DNA from: Lactobacillaceae bacterium
GTDB lineage: Bacteria; Pseudomonadota; Alphaproteobacteria; RF32; CAG-239
Direction: 5' to 3'
DNA: 64,000 bases
NCBI GenBank assembly: GCA_031271345.1
Contig: JAISVX010000003.1
Span: forward strand, 293,452 to 357,451
The translations under genes were made by a program, and so were the position numbers. A model generated the notes under the pieces. It did not search any database, was not told where the DNA came from, and was given only the letters and a program-made list of their open reading frames with translations. Positions 37,644 through 46,398 of the stretch are shown here, piece by piece. Positions within the stretch are counted from its first letter, which is position 1. Each line of letters begins with the position of its first letter.

Positions 37644-39350
37644 ATGCAAAAAATATTGGTTACATCGGCATTACCTTATGTAAATGGAGTCCCCCATCTT
37701 GGACACTTAGTTGGCTGCTTGCTTCCATCGGATGTTTACGCAAGGTTCATGCGAATGATGGGGCATGAGGTGTTATACATTTGCGGTACCGATGAACATG
37801 GAACGCCTTCAGAAGTGGGGGCTGCTCAGGAAGGCATGGATGTTTATGACTACTGCACAAAATATTTTCTTCGCCACAAGGCGACTTATGAAGAATTTAA
37901 TCTTTCTTTCAGTTATCTTGGACGCACAAGCAGCGAACAAAACAAAGAATTGGTTTATCACATCTTCTCAAAGCTTGATGAAAATGGATATATAACAGAA
38001 AAATCAGTTAAACAGGTATATTCTATTGACGATGGAAGATTTCTGCCGGACCGATACATTATCGGCACTTGTCCGTACTGCGGCTATGACAAGGCTAGGG
38101 GAGACCAATGCGAAAAATGCACAAAGGTTTTAGACCCTACGGATTTAATAAATGCCCGAAGCGCAATCTCCGGCAGCACAAATCTTGAAGTTAGAGAAAG
38201 CAAACATTTATATATAAATCTTCCAAAACTTGAGGCAAAGCTTTCGGACTGGGTAAAAACAAAAGAACCGTTTTGGCCGGACATCGCATATTCCATCGCC
38301 CAGAAATGGCTCAAAGAAGGCTTGCAGGAACGCGGTATTACCCGCGACCTGAAATGGGGTTTTCCCGTAAACAAGCCCGGATATGAAGATAAAGTGTTTT
38401 ATGTTTGGTTCGACGCTCCAATCGGATATATCGGCATAACCAAACAATGGTCGGATGAGAAACCAGATGAAAGAGATTGGAAAGACTGGTGGCTGGATGC
38501 TAAAAACCTTAAGTATGTTCAATTTATGGGTAAAGATAATGTTCCTTTCCACTCTATAACTTTTCCCGCCACGCTTCTTGGAACGGAAGAAAACTGGACT
38601 TTTGTAGATTATCTAAAAGGAATGAGCTACCTCACATTTGAAGGCGGCAAGTTTTCTAAATCTGAAAAAAGAGGCATATTTGCCGAAGACGCCGTAAAAG
38701 AACTGCCAGCCGATTATTGGAGATATTGGCTGATGTCTAATGCTCCGGAAGCCTCTGATACATCTTTTACATTTGACGGGTTTGCTTCCGCAATAAATAA
38801 AGACTTAAACGGAGTCTTTGGAAACTTTGTCTCCAGAGTAATGAAAATGACGGCTTCAAAGTTTGGCGAAGAAGTGCCTGAAGCGGCGAAATTTGATGAA
38901 ATTGATGACAAACTGGTTTTAGATTTGAAAGAAAAGACAGCTAATTATATTAAATATCTGAGCGATTTAGAATTTAGAAAAGCATTTTCCGAGCTTAGGG
39001 CTATCTGGGTTGACGGAAATAATTATATATCAGCGACAGAACCATGGAATGTTATAAAAGAAAGCCCTGAAAGAGCATCCACAATATTAAATATCTGTTT
39101 GAATTTAATAAGAATTTATGCAATTCTAAGTTATCCTGTTATGCCGGCTATAGCTCAGAACATATTAGCAAAATTTGGCTTAACAGTTGATGATATGCCA
39201 AGTTTAAACGGTTTTGAGGTTGGCGGACAAATCAGATATTTCAAAACAGGACATAAATTTAATGTCGGAGACCCTGTTTTTGAGCGAATAACTCCAGAAA
39301 AAACGGAAGAACTTAAACAAAAATACGGAGGAAGCACTAATGAAGTTTAA
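37644..39350 (+). CDS. metG: Methionine--tRNA ligase (short form, no C-terminal tRNA-binding domain)
   Basis: Contains the 'PYVNGVPHLGH' HIGH motif, the 'KFSKS' KMSKS motif and the Zn knuckle 'CPYCG...CEKC'. AAGGAG SD upstream. Confidence 0.93.
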   Translation: MQKILVTSALPYVNGVPHLGHLVGCLLPSDVYARFMRMMGHEVLYICGTDEHGTPSEVGAAQEGMDVYDYCTKYFLRHKATYEEFNLSFSYLGRTSSEQNKELVYHIFSKLDENGYITEKSVKQVYSIDDGRFLPDRYIIGTCPYCGYDKARGDQCEKCTKVLDPTDLINARSAISGSTNLEVRESKHLYINLPKLEAKLSDWVKTKEPFWPDIAYSIAQKWLKEGLQERGITRDLKWGFPVNKPGYEDKVFYVWFDAPIGYIGITKQWSDEKPDERDWKDWWLDAKNLKYVQFMGKDNVPFHSITFPATLLGTEENWTFVDYLKGMSYLTFEGGKFSKSEKRGIFAEDAVKELPADYWRYWLMSNAPEASDTSFTFDGFASAINKDLNGVFGNFVSRVMKMTASKFGEEVPEAAKFDEIDDKLVLDLKEKTANYIKYLSDLEFRKAFSELRAIWVDGNNYISATEPWNVIKESPERASTILNICLNLIRIYAILSYPVMPAIAQNILAKFGLTVDDMPSLNGFEVGGQIRYFKTGHKFNVGDPVFERITPEKTEELKQKYGGSTNEV

Positions 39351-40233
39351 AGATGAAGATTTAAAACCTTCAAGCGGTATTGGCAGTTTGATACATGCAA
39401 TTACCTGGCCGATAAGAAAGTTCTACATTATCGTTCCAGTGCTTGCCCTGCTTTTGGCAACTCCGATATTTTTTGGCGTTAAGGTAACCGAAATGCCAGA
39501 ATGGTATAAGGAAAAAACGTCAGAGATGTGGGGAAAAACGCCTGGATTTTTTACCGGCGCATGGAATAAAACCAAAGGGCTTCTTGGTTTTGATACCGAG
39601 AAAGATTATCCTTTAGCTGCAAAATCAAAGAGTGTTAATAAAGCCGATGCCGCCAAAAGAGGCATTGACCAATTAGTTGACGCCCCAAAACGCAGAACAA
39701 GCGCAACAGAGAGACGCAAAGGGTTTAATGTTTCGGATAATGATATTCCGCGTATTGCGATTAAAGTCGAAAGCGGAGAAATTATCGAAATGGCTGAGGT
39801 CGAAGATATTGTCGTATATTCGGAAACTCCTGCTGCAGTTTCCGAAGCGCCAGGTTCTGATAACACCGCGAGCAAAACAAATGCAGCGATTGCAGCATTT
39901 GTAATAAAGCCAAGTGCGCAAAGCCTGCCTTTGGTATATTTGAAAACGCCGAAAAGTATTTCTGGAACAGCTGTTGTAAAGAATGCTAATGAGATTGAAA
40001 TAGAAGGGGTTTATATTGTTTTATATGGCATTTATTCAAAACCCAACACCCTGCAAAATGCTCAAGCAAGAGCCTATCTTGAAATACAGGCAAGAAAGAA
40101 CCCTTTGAATTGCAGCATTGTGGCTTATACATATCAAAACGTTGCAACCGCCGTGTGCTTTTCAGGAGAGGAAAACATCAATCAAACTTTAGTTGATAAA
40201 GAATACAGCCAAAACATTGCTTTGCCAAAATAG
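39340..40233 (+). CDS. Membrane-anchored protein with degenerate SNase-like C-terminal domain
   Basis: Has one TM helix and an Ala/Ser-rich linker. The C-terminal region 'GTAVVKNANEIEIEGVYIVLYGIYSKP...AQARAYLE...NQTLVDKEYS' resembles the thermonuclease fold, but the 'GIDAPE' acidic residues are replaced. It overlaps metG by 11 nt. Confidence 0.5.
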   Translation: MKFKDEDLKPSSGIGSLIHAITWPIRKFYIIVPVLALLLATPIFFGVKVTEMPEWYKEKTSEMWGKTPGFFTGAWNKTKGLLGFDTEKDYPLAAKSKSVNKADAAKRGIDQLVDAPKRRTSATERRKGFNVSDNDIPRIAIKVESGEIIEMAEVEDIVVYSETPAAVSEAPGSDNTASKTNAAIAAFVIKPSAQSLPLVYLKTPKSISGTAVVKNANEIEIEGVYIVLYGIYSKPNTLQNAQARAYLEIQARKNPLNCSIVAYTYQNVATAVCFSGEENINQTLVDKEYSQNIALPK

Positions 40234-40250
40234 TAAAAGACAACGAAAAA

Positions 40251-40276
40251 AGAAGGAGAAAATCTCCTTCTTTTTT
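40251..40276 (+). terminator. Rho-independent terminator
   Basis: 8-bp stem agaaggag / ctccttct with a 5-nt loop, followed by TTTTTT. Confidence 0.7.
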
Positions 40277-40288
40277 AACAATATATTT

Positions 40289-40666
40289 TTAATCGATACT
40301 CGGCTTAAAGCTGTTAAAGAAATTTCTTACGTCTTTTTCTTCATTGGGGTCAAAAACCTGAACCTGTTTCATATCAATATTTTGAACTCTTCTGCCGTTT
40401 GTATTTAGAAAGTTGTTATATTTTTCAAGCTCTCTGATTTCTTCAGTTCTGGAGTTGTTAACTAAATACTCCATAGCTTTATCCATATTGGAACGCATTT
40501 TTACAACTTCATCTGGAGCAAACCTCATATATTTCTTCAGCTCTCTATCCGCGCTGACCTTTGCGGCGTCAACATCAGGTTTTGGCTCGTCAAATAAAGA
40601 CTGCGCGTTTGCAGAAAATACTGCAAACAAAGACAGCAAAGAAATAACTGCTATGTTTCTTACCAT
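40289..40666 (-). CDS. Secreted protein (125 aa), unknown function
   Basis: Signal peptide '...FSANA/QS' and a GGGAG SD. It appears operonic with the 40678-41286 gene. Confidence 0.55.
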   Translation of the reverse strand: MVRNIAVISLLSLFAVFSANAQSLFDEPKPDVDAAKVSADRELKKYMRFAPDEVVKMRSNMDKAMEYLVNNSRTEEIRELEKYNNFLNTNGRRVQNIDMKQVQVFDPNEEKDVRNFFNSFKPSID

Positions 40667-40677
40667 TTTTGTCTCCC

Positions 40678-41286
40678 TTAATCAGTAGCAAGGATGTCCA
40701 TAGTATTGAACAAAATGTTTTCAAAATCCAACCCTGTTCCGCCTTCTACATCTCTCATAATACGATAGAAAGATTTGCCAAACGGATCGCTCGCAGAGCC
40801 AAGTCTGTCATAGTTTTCTCTTAACAGTTCTTTATATGCTTTCGGCATATCTTTTATCTTTTGGTCGTAACCGGCAGGAATTTTATATCCCATTTTTCTT
40901 AAGTGGTCGGTCATTACCAGCATGTTATGTCTGTTGACCTCAGGAGCAATCGCTTCTTGACCGTAAGCTGTTCCCCAGGTAGTCGCTTCTCCGACATAGT
41001 TTAGATAACCATGATTACCGCTGCGGCGCCAGGTTTGTATACCGCTGCGGTCGCGCGCTCTAGCCCATGGGTCCACGGGGAGAATCTCCCCTCCAGTAGG
41101 ACCATTGCCGTAAACTGGGGCATTTGGAGCCGGATTTGGACTTTGATCAGGAACGACATCGCCAAAATAACCATCATTAGGAGATGGAGGCTGTGGTGTC
41201 CATGGGTTTGCGGGGAGTTGGGCAAAAGCGTGAGAAGTAATCACCAGACCACAAATCACAGCTAAAATATACAAATATTTCTTCAT
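40678..41286 (-). CDS. Secreted protein with Pro-rich N-terminus (202 aa), unknown function
   Basis: Signal peptide '...SHAFA/QL' and a GGGAG SD. I recognise no family. Confidence 0.55.
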   Translation of the reverse strand: MKKYLYILAVICGLVITSHAFAQLPANPWTPQPPSPNDGYFGDVVPDQSPNPAPNAPVYGNGPTGGEILPVDPWARARDRSGIQTWRRSGNHGYLNYVGEATTWGTAYGQEAIAPEVNRHNMLVMTDHLRKMGYKIPAGYDQKIKDMPKAYKELLRENYDRLGSASDPFGKSFYRIMRDVEGGTGLDFENILFNTMDILATD

Positions 41287-41361
41287 AACTAATCTCCCAA
41301 AGTCTTTCTATATCTACTATATTACAATAAAAAAACAAAAAATGATAGTTACAATAATGTT

Positions 41362-42057
41362 TCATTTTGTTTTTTTGGCACTTGCTTTTATTTCCTTGAT
41401 TTCCTTCTTTAATTTCTCAATTTCGCCGCATAACGCTGAGATATTGTCATTTGTGTCTTTTATATAAGGCGATATTCCATAAGCGGAAAAACATTCCTTT
41501 TTCTTATCTTTTGAGCGGATTTCTTCAACTTTATGCGCCGCAAGCCCTACAACTGTCGTGTTTGGCGCGACATCTTTAATAACTATCGCGTTTGAGCCTA
41601 TTTTTGCATTTGCTCCAATTGTAATAGGACCAAGGATTTGGGAGCCGGAGCCTATTATTACATTTTCCATAATAGTGGGGTGTCTCTTCGTCATTACCTT
41701 GCCGTTTTCATCAAAAACAGTGGTTCCGCCCAACGTTACGTCATGGTACATCGTAACATTGTCTCTAATTTCCGTCGTTTCACCGATTACGACGCCCATG
41801 CCGTGGTCAATAAAAAATCCTGAACCGATTCGCGCTCCCGGGTGAATTTCTATGCCGGTCAGAAAACGGGAGAATCCAGAAAATATGCGGGCGGCGAGTT
41901 TCCAATTTTTCTCCCACAGCCAATGGTTAAACCTGTGCAGCGTAATGGCATGAAACCCGGTGGAGCATATTGCAGCCTCGGTTTTTGAGTTTGTCGCGGG
42001 GTCTCTTTCTATAACCGCATTTAAATCTTTAACAATTATCTTGTAAATCGATGTCAT
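41362..42057 (-). CDS. cysE: Serine O-acetyltransferase
   Basis: Contains 'ERDPA' and '[29 protein letters not shown]' plus LbH repeats. There is an extra Lys/Glu-rich C-terminal tail. Confidence 0.88.
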   Translation of the reverse strand: MTSIYKIIVKDLNAVIERDPATNSKTEAAICSTGFHAITLHRFNHWLWEKNWKLAARIFSGFSRFLTGIEIHPGARIGSGFFIDHGMGVVIGETTEIRDNVTMYHDVTLGGTTVFDENGKVMTKRHPTIMENVIIGSGSQILGPITIGANAKIGSNAIVIKDVAPNTTVVGLAAHKVEEIRSKDKKKECFSAYGISPYIKDTNDNISALCGEIEKLKKEIKEIKASAKKTK

Positions 42058-42149
42058 TTTGTGTTACATTCCTCATAAAATTTTAACATTTTTTATAATA
42101 ATATAAGAAAAAGCTTATTTAATTACTAAAATTTAAAAAGAGATTATAT

Positions 42150-42926
42150 ATGTCTGAAGTAATATTTAATGGATATGCCGGTCGCCTGGAAGGTCGATAC
42201 CACCAAAGCGAAAAACCTGGAGCGCCGATTGCTCTTATCCTCCATCCTCATCCTCAATATGGCGGAACAATGAATAATAAAGTCGTTTATACTTTATTCA
42301 GCATTTTCCAAAAGCTTGGTTTTTCCGTATTACGTTTCAATTTTAGAGGTGTCGGACGTTCTCAGGGAGATTTTGAGGACGGACCGGGAGAGCTGTCTGA
42401 CGCGACAATTGCTTTAGACTGGCTCCAATCGGTTAACCCGGAGGCTAGGCAATGCTGGATAGCCGGTTATACTTTTGGCGCGTGGATTGGTTTGCAGCTT
42501 CTTATGAGAAGACCGGATATAAACAATTTCATCGCAATATCTCCGCCGGCAAATGAAAAAGACTTTACATTTTTAGCGCCTTGCCCGGCTCCCGGACTTA
42601 TAATCCAGGGCGGCGCTGATGATATTGTCAACCCAAGCAGCGTATCTACGTTAGCCCGCAGGTTAAACGCGCAAAAAAGCGTGCAGGTGGATTTTGCGCT
42701 GATTGAGGACGCTGACCACATGTACAATAACCACCTGGTTGATTTATACAAAATCACTGGAAACTATATCATTAACGCTATGAAAAAGAAAACTCCGCAA
42801 AAGAAGAAAAGGGGAAGACGCAGAAAATCCGAGCTTGTCGAGAATGAAAAAGAAAACCTCATGATTGCTCAGGAAGATAATCATAACGACGATTTCGACG
42901 ATGATTTTGATGAAGATTTAGATTAA
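42150..42926 (+). CDS. Short alpha/beta-hydrolase-fold protein with charged C-terminal tail
   Basis: Contains 'LILHPHPQYGGTMNNKV', the nucleophile-elbow position 'GYTFGA', then 'GGADDIV' and 'DADHMY'. The tail is 'KKKTPQKKKRGRRRK...DDFDDDFDEDLD'. Confidence 0.72.
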   Translation: MSEVIFNGYAGRLEGRYHQSEKPGAPIALILHPHPQYGGTMNNKVVYTLFSIFQKLGFSVLRFNFRGVGRSQGDFEDGPGELSDATIALDWLQSVNPEARQCWIAGYTFGAWIGLQLLMRRPDINNFIAISPPANEKDFTFLAPCPAPGLIIQGGADDIVNPSSVSTLARRLNAQKSVQVDFALIEDADHMYNNHLVDLYKITGNYIINAMKKKTPQKKKRGRRRKSELVENEKENLMIAQEDNHNDDFDDDFDEDLD

Positions 42927-42930
42927 TTAA

Positions 42931-42956
42931 AAAAAGCTGTCTTTTGACAGCTTTTT
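42931..42956. terminator. Bidirectional terminator
   Basis: 11-bp stem aaaaagctgtc / gacagcttttt with loop tttt. It lies between convergent genes. Confidence 0.8.
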
Positions 42957-42961
42957 ATTGG

Positions 42962-43645
42962 TTAACTTAATGCTTCGTTGACAGCGGTTTCAACATGTAT
43001 AAGCGTTGTGTCATAAATAGGCAGGCTTGCGGATTTCACCAGCATTCCAATTTCTGTGCAGCCCAGTATAACAGCTTCCGCGCCGGAGTCTTTCAAGGTA
43101 TTTATTATTCTCTGATATTCCTGCGCTGAGCTTTCAAGAACTTTTCCTTTGCACAGCTCGTCATAAATAACGCTGTTAACAATTTTTCTGTCCTCTGCAT
43201 TTGGAACAACAACTTTTATTCCCGCTTCTTCAATAACTTTCTTATAAAAATCTTCTTCCATCGTAAACTTGGTGCCAAGGAGTCCGACTGTTTTAACTTT
43301 ATCTTTTAGAAGGGCTTTTGCTGTTGCGCTTCCAATATGAATAAAAGGAATTTTAAGACCGTCAACAATCTTGCCGGCAACTTTATGCATTGTGTTTGTC
43401 GCCATTATAACAAAATCCGCTCCGCCTGCTTCGATAGATTTTGCGGCTTCCCGCAAAACATTTCCCGCTTTTTCCCATTCTCCAGAATATTGCAGTTTCT
43501 CAATCTCGGCAAAATCTACGGTATACATAACTATCTTTGGAGAATGAAGACCTCCAAGCTTTTTATTAATCAACTTATTTGCCTGCTCGCAGTATAAAAG
43601 GGTGGACTCTAAGCTCATTCCTCCCAAAATGCCAATATTTTTCAT
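42962..43645 (-). CDS. Asp/Glu racemase-family protein (YgeA-like Thr/Cys active-site pair)
   Basis: Starts 'IGILGGMS'. Has 'ATNTMH' (Thr where aspartate racemases have Cys) and 'LGCTEIG'. Confidence 0.78.
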   Translation of the reverse strand: MKNIGILGGMSLESTLLYCEQANKLINKKLGGLHSPKIVMYTVDFAEIEKLQYSGEWEKAGNVLREAAKSIEAGGADFVIMATNTMHKVAGKIVDGLKIPFIHIGSATAKALLKDKVKTVGLLGTKFTMEEDFYKKVIEEAGIKVVVPNAEDRKIVNSVIYDELCKGKVLESSAQEYQRIINTLKDSGAEAVILGCTEIGMLVKSASLPIYDTTLIHVETAVNEALS

Positions 43646-43647
43646 TT

Positions 43648-45354
43648 TTACCTCCGCTTTCTCGCCAGAAACAACATTCCTTTTACAGGAACGCCGTTTT
43701 CAAGTCTTAAATTTATTTCATGTTTTTCAGCATTAAAGCTATTTTTCTGCAAAATCTTGTCAATATAGGTTTCATTATGTTTGTATCTGCCTGTTTCGGT
43801 CAAATAAAAATCTTCGTTTTCACCAGATTCTATTGAAAAGCATAAGTTTTTGCTGTCACACATTGAAATTATGTTTTCCAAATTTCCAATATAACTAAAA
43901 ACATCCGCGGCAAAAGTCCAGTCAAATTTTTGTTTTTCCTGAAGATAAGAAGCTATATCCGCACAGATTAAATCGTCATAAACATTTTTTTCTTTAGCTT
44001 TTCGCAGCATATTTGCGGAAATATCCACGCCGATTATTTTGTTTTTATCGTTTTTTATTGCAATGCCCAACAAACCAGTGCCGCAGCCAAGGTCTAATAT
44101 TCTGCCTTCAATAGAGCGTGCTTTCTCTTTGATTTTATTTGGTAAATTGTAATTGATGTTTTTTAATGTATCCTCATAATTTTCCGCAAAATGTTCAAAC
44201 AGCTTTTCGCTGTAAACCGCGTCATTTTGCAGAACATTATCATTGGTTAGAGAAGCGTAGGAATGTATGGCAAAAGTATTTTTCGGAAAAAGTTCTTTCC
44301 ATTTTTTTGCGATTTTCACCGCTTCTTCGTTCTTTCCGCTTTGAACCATTAACTGTAAAGTTTCCGCTATGTTTATCGCAAACTCGTCTTTCCCTGGGTT
44401 TTTTGCAAAAGCATTAAAAAACAAATCAACAGCTTGCTCATATTCCTTAAAATCTTTTTGTATAATGCCGATATTGTTGCTTATTTCCGGGATGTCGGAG
44501 TTAAGAACCACAGCTTTTCTGTTTTCTTCCAGTGCTTCATGAAGCCTTCCAGACAAATACAGCATATTCGCATAGTTGATATGAGCGTTCACATCGTCTG
44601 GAGAAATGTCCAATGCTTTTTTATATTTTTTTTCCGCGTCATCGAATAGTTTTCGATTGGTTTCAATATTAGCCAGATTTATCAAGGCTGAAGCGGAAGA
44701 GGGATTTGCGCTTAAACAATATTTAAGATAGCTTTCCGCTTTTTTAATATCGCCCGTTAAAAGATATAATTCGGCAATTTGGTTATATTCCTCAGTTTTA
44801 AGAGCGTATTCCAGCGCTTTTTCAAAGTTTCCGTCTCCTTGATAAAGCAGGCTGAGATAATATGCAGCTATCGGAATATTTAACCCGCGCAGGGTATCAT
44901 AATCTTTTTCTGCAAGAGCCAAATTAGCCTTGGCGTCAGCAAAATCCGGGTTTATCTCTATAGATTTTGAAAAAAACTCTTTAGCCTTTAAATCTTCACC
45001 CAAATGGAGGAAAATTAAACCTAAATTATTATAGGCTTCCGCAATATCCGGGTTTAGCTCTATTGCCCTGTTATACATATCGATGGACTCATAATATTTT
45101 CCCAGTTCATTAAGAGAAACTGCCAGATTGAAATATAATGGAGCATGTTTAGGAGTTTCTTTAAGCGCTTTGTAAAAATATCCGGCAGCCTCGCCGTGAA
45201 TTCCCTTGACCTGCGCAATCAAACCCATAAGGTTAAGAACATCAGGGTTGTTTGGCGCAGTTTCCAATATTTGGCGATATATTTTTTCAGCTCTGTCAAA
45301 ATATCCCGCATTATGCAGATTCAATGCTTGTTGAAACAATATATCATAACTCAT
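43648..45354 (-). CDS. TPR-repeat protein fused to class I SAM-dependent methyltransferase
   Basis: About 10 TPR units are present (for example 'AEAYNNLGLIFLHLGEDLKAKEFFSKSIEINP'). The C-terminal methyltransferase domain has motif I 'ILDLGCGTGLLG'. Confidence 0.8.
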   Translation of the reverse strand: MSYDILFQQALNLHNAGYFDRAEKIYRQILETAPNNPDVLNLMGLIAQVKGIHGEAAGYFYKALKETPKHAPLYFNLAVSLNELGKYYESIDMYNRAIELNPDIAEAYNNLGLIFLHLGEDLKAKEFFSKSIEINPDFADAKANLALAEKDYDTLRGLNIPIAAYYLSLLYQGDGNFEKALEYALKTEEYNQIAELYLLTGDIKKAESYLKYCLSANPSSASALINLANIETNRKLFDDAEKKYKKALDISPDDVNAHINYANMLYLSGRLHEALEENRKAVVLNSDIPEISNNIGIIQKDFKEYEQAVDLFFNAFAKNPGKDEFAINIAETLQLMVQSGKNEEAVKIAKKWKELFPKNTFAIHSYASLTNDNVLQNDAVYSEKLFEHFAENYEDTLKNINYNLPNKIKEKARSIEGRILDLGCGTGLLGIAIKNDKNKIIGVDISANMLRKAKEKNVYDDLICADIASYLQEKQKFDWTFAADVFSYIGNLENIISMCDSKNLCFSIESGENEDFYLTETGRYKHNETYIDKILQKNSFNAEKHEINLRLENGVPVKGMLFLARKRR

Positions 45355-45563
45355 TTGCGCATGCCTCCTTAATATTCAGCCTCATTCTAACCTTAGTTAC
45401 GGAAAAATCTATATTTTTTTTAATTTTTTTCTTGAAATATATGTTTTTTTATACTATGTTGCACTCACTTCTGGGAATGAGGGTTGATTAACAACCACGT
45501 TTGTGCGTTAAGAACACAAAACTACCGGGACAATAATAATATAATAAAATAAAGGATAATTTA

Positions 45564-46178
45564 ATGAAAAGTATAGTTTCTGCAAAGAAAAAAGTTGATC
45601 GCCGCTATAGCGCGAACTTATGGGGAAATCCAAACAGCCCATATTTAAAAAGAGAAAGTGTTCCTGGTCAGCATGGTCAAAGAAGAAGAAAAGCTACTGA
45701 CTATGGCGAACAGTTATACGCTAAACAAAGATTAAAAACATATTATGGCAACGTTTCAGAAAAACAGTTCTATAAATATTATGTTGAAGCGGTAAGAAGA
45801 AAAGGCGATACAGCTGAAAATCTTATCGGTATTTTAGAATCTCGCTTGGACAACGTTGTATATAAAGCAAAATTCGTGCCAACAATTTTTGCGGCTCGTC
45901 AATTTGTAAATCACGGTCACATTTTAGTAAACGGCAAAAAGGTTAATATTCCTTCATACATGTTAAAAGCTGGCGATATGGTTGAAGTCGTTGACAGCGC
46001 AAGACAAGTTCCTATGGTTCTTGCCGCTATAGAGTCTGCTTCCAGAGACGTTCCTTCTTATGTTGAAGTTGACAACAAAAAATATGCTGCGAAATACGCA
46101 TTTGTTCCAAAATTTGAGGACGTTCCTTACGCATCTCAAATGGAACCGAACCTGGTTGTCGAGTTCTACTCAAGATAA
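45564..46178 (+). CDS. rpsD: 30S ribosomal protein S4
   Basis: 204 aa with '[16 protein letters not shown]' and the S4 RNA-binding domain 'RLDNVVY...[15 protein letters not shown]'. Confidence 0.95.
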   Translation: MKSIVSAKKKVDRRYSANLWGNPNSPYLKRESVPGQHGQRRRKATDYGEQLYAKQRLKTYYGNVSEKQFYKYYVEAVRRKGDTAENLIGILESRLDNVVYKAKFVPTIFAARQFVNHGHILVNGKKVNIPSYMLKAGDMVEVVDSARQVPMVLAAIESASRDVPSYVEVDNKKYAAKYAFVPKFEDVPYASQMEPNLVVEFYSR

Positions 46179-46195
46179 TCAATAAAGTTTGCAAT

Positions 46196-46224
46196 AAAAA
46201 GCTGGTTTTATACCAGCTTTTTTT
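46196..46224 (+). terminator. Rho-independent terminator of rpsD
   Basis: 11-bp stem aaaaagctggt / accagcttttt with a 5-nt loop, followed by a T-run. Confidence 0.85.
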
Positions 46225-46398
46225 GTTTATTCAAACTGGCAAAATGAAAAACTTGCAGCTTTAGCTGTTTATTTTTCTCTTATTATAAAAAAGCTGTTAA
46301 AAATCCTAAGAAAATATACCATTTTCGGGTTTTTTACTTTAAATTTGAGAATAAGTGTGATTATATAAAATACAAAGATTTTTTTTGAAAAGAGAAAA

